Shown here one piece after another: positions 57,220-64,000 of a DNA stretch of 64,000 nt (within the stretch, counting starts at the first letter, position 1; every line of letters begins with the position of its first letter). The notes below the pieces were generated by a model. It was not told the DNA's origin and ran no database searches. It was given only the letters and a program-made list of their open reading frames with translations. The DNA comes from an uncultured Alphaproteobacteria bacterium (GTDB lineage: Bacteria; Pseudomonadota; Alphaproteobacteria; HIMB59; GCA-002718135), in NCBI GenBank assembly GCA_902541435.1, contig CACBQR010000002.1, positions 515-64,514 on the forward strand. Reading direction: 5' to 3'. Both the position numbers and the translations under genes were made by a program.

Positions 57220-57685
57220 CATTCAATTTGAAAAAAGAAAATCTGTAGAACAAGTTGAAGAGTCAAATGAACTGGCTCCGAAATTTGATTCAAATGGTCT
57301 AATACCAGTTGTGACAACAGATTTTTCATCTGGTGAACTACTTATGCAAGGTTATATGAATGAAGAAGCTTTTAAAAAAACTATAAGTTTGGGGGAAGCA
57401 GTTTATTTTTCTAGAAGTAGAAATACACTTTGGCATAAGGGTAAAACAAGTGGATTAACGCAGAAGATAAAAGAAATAAGAATTGATGATGATCAAGATT
57501 GTGTTTGGTTAAGGGTTGATGTCAAAGGTGGTGCTAGCTGTCATGTAGGATATAGATCATGTTTTTATAGAAGTATTCCATTGGATAATTCTAACTCTAA
57601 AGTTGTTCTTAAATTTGAAGAAAAAGAAAAAGTTTTTAATCCTGAAGAAGTATATAAAGATGCCCCAAATCCTACTAAACTATAA
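57212..57685 (+). CDS. hisI: phosphoribosyl-AMP cyclohydrolase
   Basis: 157 aa. GLIPVV, MQGYMN.EA, SRSR..LW.KG.TSG, CH.GYRSCFY. Confidence 0.85.
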   Translation: MNNIQFEKRKSVEQVEESNELAPKFDSNGLIPVVTTDFSSGELLMQGYMNEEAFKKTISLGEAVYFSRSRNTLWHKGKTSGLTQKIKEIRIDDDQDCVWLRVDVKGGASCHVGYRSCFYRSIPLDNSNSKVVLKFEEKEKVFNPEEVYKDAPNPTKL

Positions 57686-58275
57686 TGTCAGACAAATTAA
57701 AGTTTATTGAGACTAGTAAACTTCCAACAGATATTGGAGAGTTCACTGTACATGCCTTTACAGATGAAAATGAATCTAAAGATCATTTAGCAATATGTAT
57801 GGGTGACTTGCTTACCGATGAGCCAGTTTTATCAAGAATTCATTCGCAGTGTATTACAGGGGAATCTTTTTTTAGTATGAGATGTGATTGTAGATTCCAA
57901 CTAACTGAATCATTAAAACAAATTGCTCAAAATGGAAGAGGGGCTATTTTTTATCTTCAACAAGAGGGAAGAGGCATTGGTCTTTCAAACAAAATTAAAG
58001 CATATAGTTTACAAGATAAGGGACTAGATACCGTTGAAGCTAATCATCAATTAGGTTTCAAAGATGATGAGAGAACATATGAAAATATTGCTGGAATGGT
58101 AAAATATCTAGCAATCAAAAAATTGGATTTGATGACTAATAATCCAAAAAAAATAAAAGCGCTTGAAGATATGGGTATTAAAGTAAACCAAAGAGTTCCT
58201 ATTTTCTCAGACACAAATAAATATAATGAAAAATATATCTCAACTAAGAAAAGTAAACTTGGTCATTTAATCTAA
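57685..58275 (+). CDS. ribA: GTP cyclohydrolase II
   Basis: 196 aa. RIHSQCITGE, CDCRFQL (Zn Cys), LQQEGRGIGL, MTNNPKK. Confidence 0.9.
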   Translation: MSDKLKFIETSKLPTDIGEFTVHAFTDENESKDHLAICMGDLLTDEPVLSRIHSQCITGESFFSMRCDCRFQLTESLKQIAQNGRGAIFYLQQEGRGIGLSNKIKAYSLQDKGLDTVEANHQLGFKDDERTYENIAGMVKYLAIKKLDLMTNNPKKIKALEDMGIKVNQRVPIFSDTNKYNEKYISTKKSKLGHLI

Positions 58276-58680
58276 GTGGAAGCAGATAATTTAATTAAAA
58301 AACTCAATATGATTAGTCATCCTGAAGGAGGGCATTATGTTGAAAATTTTAAGAATGATAATGTTAGTCAAATTTATTACCTATTAAAAAGGAACGAAAA
58401 ATCACATTGGCATCGATTAACTAAAAATGAAATATTACATTTTTATTCAGGAGATCCTCTAGAAGTTTTCACATCAAATGACGGAGTTAATTATCGAGTT
58501 TTTTGTTTAGGGTCAGATAATAATTATATTTACACCGTAACAGCGAACACATGGTTTGCTATGAGATCTTCGGGTGCTTTCAGTTTAATTGGATGCACTG
58601 TCGCACCTGCTTTTGATTTTGATGATTTTGAACTTGCACCTGCGACGTGGCGACCTGAAAATTTCAAAATTGAGTTATAG
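58276..58680 (+). CDS. cupin, DUF985 (YML079w-like) family
   Basis: 134 aa, GTG start. HPEGGHY, IYYLL, HWHRL, E.LHFY.G, GCTVAPAFDFDDFEL. Confidence 0.75.
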   Translation: MEADNLIKKLNMISHPEGGHYVENFKNDNVSQIYYLLKRNEKSHWHRLTKNEILHFYSGDPLEVFTSNDGVNYRVFCLGSDNNYIYTVTANTWFAMRSSGAFSLIGCTVAPAFDFDDFELAPATWRPENFKIEL

Positions 58681-58740
58681 TTTTCACTTTTCTTTAATTT
58701 AAATTCTTTATATATTAGTATTAAATAACGGAGGTTCTAA

Positions 58741-60876
<2,136 letters not shown>

Positions 60877-60899
60877 AAATAATTTAAATTAATTTAAAA

Positions 60900-60925
60900 G
60901 TGGAACTTAGAGTTCCACTTTTTTT
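60900..60925 (+). terminator. Rho-independent terminator after katG
   Basis: GTGGAAC-TTAGA-GTTCCAC followed by TTTTTTTATTTT. It overlaps the stop codon region of the convergent gene. Confidence 0.75.
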
Positions 60926-61244
60926 ATTTTGGCATATTGGTTGCCCCAGTTTCTAATGAAATTATTTTGCCATCTTTATATTTGTATACTGCCATCACAG
61001 CTTGTGTGTTACCATCTTTAAAAGTAACGAAAGAGTGATATATCCCAATCTCGTCATTTTCGTATACAATTCTAGACTTATCATCATTAATGTCGTCACT
61101 CATAGCCCAGCCTATAACATCAGACTTTGATAAAACATTACCAGTAGAATGCATTGTAAACTTGAAATTATCATGGATAATTTCGTTCATTCCTGCTTCA
61201 TCTTTTTCATTAAATACCTTCATGTATTTTTCAAGTATTGACAT
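60924..61244 (-). CDS. small NTF2/SnoaL-like fold protein (hypothetical)
   Basis: 106 aa. Size and the alternating beta-strand pattern at the C-terminus suggest an NTF2-like fold. No catalytic motif recognised. Confidence 0.4.
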   Translation of the reverse strand: MSILEKYMKVFNEKDEAGMNEIIHDNFKFTMHSTGNVLSKSDVIGWAMSDDINDDKSRIVYENDEIGIYHSFVTFKDGNTQAVMAVYKYKDGKIISLETGATNMPK

Positions 61245-61299
61245 ATTTTCTCCTAGTATCAGTAATGTATATAGGAACTTTTTTTAAATAAATATTTAA

Positions 61300-62271
61300 T
61301 TATCGCTCTTTAATGTAAGGTTGACCAATAGCATTAGGCGCAATTGCTTTTCCAACAAAACCAGCAAGCAATACTACTGTTAATATGTATGGAAGTGCTT
61401 GTATTAATTGAACAGGTATCTCACCAATTGCAGGTAGTTCAACACCTTGCAATCTAATTTGAAGAGCATCTGTAAATCCAAAGAGTAAGCAAGCAATTAA
61501 AGCTGTTTTAGGGTGCCATTTTCCAAAGATCATTGCTGCTAGTGCTAAGTATCCTCTACCAGCTGACATTTCTCTGAAGAAATTTGCATTAACGGCAGTT
61601 GATAAATGAGCTCCCGCAAAAGCAATTAAAACTCCATTGATTGCTAGTGCTTTATATCTCATAGTAAAGACATTGATTCCAGCAGTATCTACTGCACTTG
61701 GATTTTCTCCGACTGCTCTTAGACGCAAACCAAAGCTAGTTTTAAATACTATCCAAAAAACTAGTGGGACAGAAAGATATGCTAAATAAACAAAAACATA
61801 ATGACCACTTAATATATCACTATAAAGTGTTCCAATAACCGGAATATCTCTCAGTGCATCAGCAAAAGGAAGATGAATTTCTAAAAAACGCTGATCTTCA
61901 TTTAAAGTTGGCGTCAGACCTGCTTGCCCAAACCACGCAGCTGCTAATGCAGTTGTTAAACCAATAATTAAAATATTTATAGCAACACATGATACTACTT
62001 GATCACCTTTATGTGTTACCGAGGCAAATCCATGTAACATTGATAAACACACACATACAATTATAGCTAATAATAAACCTAACCATGGGTTACCTAAATA
62101 GTAAGAACCAACAGCTGCTACAAATGCGGCCATAAGCATTTTACCTTCTAAGCTAAAATCTATTACGCCAGATCTTTCAGCAAATATACCAGCCATTGCT
62201 GCAAAAACTAAAGGTGTAGATATTCTTAATGTAGAATTAATTAAAGAAGCAATATCAGATAAAAATTCCAT
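61300..62271 (-). CDS. ABC transporter permease (BMP/nucleoside-simple sugar type)
   Basis: 323 aa polytopic. Paired with a second permease and a duplicated-domain ATPase, as in nucleoside (BMP-family) importers. Confidence 0.75.
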   Translation of the reverse strand: MEFLSDIASLINSTLRISTPLVFAAMAGIFAERSGVIDFSLEGKMLMAAFVAAVGSYYLGNPWLGLLLAIIVCVCLSMLHGFASVTHKGDQVVSCVAINILIIGLTTALAAAWFGQAGLTPTLNEDQRFLEIHLPFADALRDIPVIGTLYSDILSGHYVFVYLAYLSVPLVFWIVFKTSFGLRLRAVGENPSAVDTAGINVFTMRYKALAINGVLIAFAGAHLSTAVNANFFREMSAGRGYLALAAMIFGKWHPKTALIACLLFGFTDALQIRLQGVELPAIGEIPVQLIQALPYILTVVLLAGFVGKAIAPNAIGQPYIKER

Positions 62272-63392
62272 TACACATTTACCTCTCTATTAAGTCTTCT
62301 AACAATAAAGCTTTCTATTTGTGGTCTAAAAAGATTTTCTAATGCACCACTAAATAATATTATTAATCCCTGAACAGCAACAAACATGTATCTAGTTATG
62401 TTTGGCATTTCGAAGGTAACTTCTGATCCTCCTTGGTATAAAATTCCAAATAAAAATGCTGCTGGTAAAATACCAATCGGATGATTTCTGCCCATTAATG
62501 CAACTGCAATTCCTGTGAATCCATATCCTGCTGGAAAGCCTGCTTGAATTTTATGGCTTACACCAAGAATTTCGTTGACGCCAAGTAGGCCTGCTAAACC
62601 TCCAGAAATACACATTGCGATGATAATATTTTTATGTGGTGATATTCCTGCATAAATTGCTGCTTGAGTATTATGTCCTACTGCTCGCATTTCATAACCC
62701 CATTTAGTTTTCCAAACTAAAAACCAAACAAAAAATAATGATGCAATTGCTAATAAAAAAGTCAGATTAAGTGGAGAATATCTTATTTTGATTCCAAGAA
62801 TTCCAGAGAATGCCTCAAAGCTTGGCAACCAAATTTCTTCTGGAAGCTTTACTGTATGAGGTGCCATTTGATTTGTATCTCTAATCACATCTACAAGTAA
62901 GAAAATCATTAAAGATGAAGCAATAAAATTAAACATTATTGTTGTAATAACAACATGACTTCCTCTTTTTGATTGAAGATAAGCAGGTATGTAAGCCCAT
63001 GCTGCACCAAATAAAAATGCACCAAAGATTGCCAAAAGCCAAACGATTGGAACAGGAAGAAAACTTAAATTTATTGCTACTAAAAAAACACCAAGACCAC
63101 CTATATACGCTTGTCCTTCCCCACCAATATTAAAAAGTCTGCAATGAAAGGCTACAGCAAAAGCTAGCCCAGTAAAAATAAAATTTGTTGTGTAATAAAG
63201 TGTATAAGCAAATCCTTGGATATAACCAAATGATCCATAAATAATTAACTTAACAGCTTCTATTGGATTTTCACCTGCAATAAAAACAAAAAGTCCTGAA
63301 ACTAATAACGCTAATGATAAGTTTACTAATGGAACAATAACATTAGAGACCCACCATGGAACTTTTGACTTATCGACTACAATATTACTCAT
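62271..63392 (-). CDS. ABC transporter permease (BMP/nucleoside-simple sugar type)
   Basis: 373 aa polytopic. 1-nt overlaps with both neighbours. Confidence 0.75.
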   Translation of the reverse strand: MSNIVVDKSKVPWWVSNVIVPLVNLSLALLVSGLFVFIAGENPIEAVKLIIYGSFGYIQGFAYTLYYTTNFIFTGLAFAVAFHCRLFNIGGEGQAYIGGLGVFLVAINLSFLPVPIVWLLAIFGAFLFGAAWAYIPAYLQSKRGSHVVITTIMFNFIASSLMIFLLVDVIRDTNQMAPHTVKLPEEIWLPSFEAFSGILGIKIRYSPLNLTFLLAIASLFFVWFLVWKTKWGYEMRAVGHNTQAAIYAGISPHKNIIIAMCISGGLAGLLGVNEILGVSHKIQAGFPAGYGFTGIAVALMGRNHPIGILPAAFLFGILYQGGSEVTFEMPNITRYMFVAVQGLIILFSGALENLFRPQIESFIVRRLNREVNV

Positions 63393-64000
63393 TATGCAAC
63401 ACCAGCCATTAGCAATCCTAGCTCACGATCAGTAACATTTTTATTTTCCTTTTCTCCAACAATTTTTCCATCAAACATAACGATGATTCTGTCAGATAAG
63501 GATAAGATTTCATCTAACTCAACTGATGCTAATAGTATCGCTGCACCTTTATCTCTCATATCAATAAGACGTTGATGAATAAACTCGATTGCTCCAATAT
63601 CTACACCTCTTGTTGGCTGCCCCACTAAAAGAACTTTTGGATTTTCATTAAGCTCTCTACTCAAAATAATTTTTTGTTGATTACCACCTGAAAAATTAGA
63701 TGTTATTAAGTTTGGAGAATTAGGTCTAACATCATATTCTTGCATGACCTTATTTGAATATTCAGTAATTTCTTTATTGTTCAAAATTGCAGATTTTGAA
63801 TATGGCTCTTGATCATGATAACCAAAAATTAAATTTTCATGAGCCTTGAAATCACTTATTAAACCCATTCTTTGCCTGTCTTCAGGTACATGTGCTAAAC
63901 CTTTTTCTTTAAGCATTCTTGGGTTTAAGAAATTATTCTGATCAGAAATTTTTTCACCAAATAATTCAATACTTCCTGACTCTACTTTTCTAATCCCAGA
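63392..64000 (-). CDS. ABC transporter ATP-binding protein (second ABC domain seen), 5' end beyond window
   Basis: The frame stays open to nt 64000. FSGGNQQK signature and LLVGQPTRGVD Walker B. The ORF-track Met at 63916 is internal. Confidence 0.8.
   Translation of the reverse strand, partial: SGIRKVESGSIELFGEKISDQNNFLNPRMLKEKGLAHVPEDRQRMGLISDFKAHENLIFGYHDQEPYSKSAILNNKEITEYSNKVMQEYDVRPNSPNLITSNFSGGNQQKIILSRELNENPKVLLVGQPTRGVDIGAIEFIHQRLIDMRDKGAAILLASVELDEILSLSDRIIVMFDGKIVGEKENKNVTDRELGLLMAGVA

Overview
AT-rich, very gene-dense window with short or negative intergenic spacers and many 1-4 nt start/stop overlaps. No rRNA, tRNA, CRISPR, transposase or integrase was recognised. Gene content and style suggest a streamlined marine alphaproteobacterium of the SAR11/Pelagibacterales type; this is inference, not verified.

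Nt 1-26600 form a phosphorus-stress supercluster:
- Two diverged PlcP-like metallophosphoesterase + GT4 glycosyltransferase pairs (lipid remodelling) lie in inverted orientation. They bracket an MIP channel, Ppx/GppA, SixA and Ppk1.
- A PlsC/OlsA-like acyltransferase, ArsC, and a DUF47(PhoU-like)+PiT phosphate transporter follow.
- A composite phosphonate island holds a PhnZ-like HD oxygenase, PhnW, PhnY and PhnA. These are interleaved with genes that have no role in described phosphonate pathways: a Cys-phosphatase, a ureidoglycolate-lyase-like protein, a GpdQ-like phosphoesterase, an MTase-like protein, an Fe-ADH and a short MetE-like protein. A UgpBAEC-like ABC importer is also present.

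The second PlcP/GT/acyltransferase cassette is flanked by ~200-bp direct repeats. Each repeat carries a hairpin plus the 3' end of arsC, which looks like a recombinational insertion scar.

The remainder encodes:
- MsrPQ + cytochrome c and an orphan family-5 SBP
- adenosine kinase/deaminase and an M48 peptidase
- the Fe3+ ABC system (FbpABC-like) and an FkbM-type methyltransferase
- Hsp20
- a cdd-pnp-deoA-O-methyltransferase operon
- a DUF1800/DUF1501 pair
- an extra-AT-rich folate block (folK-folB-folP-pabC-pabA-pabB) beside a TrpF-like gene
- cysS, thrS, hemB, hisI, ribA and katG
- a nucleoside-type (BMP family) ABC transporter running off the right edge

All calls rest on by-eye motif recognition. 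No database search was run.
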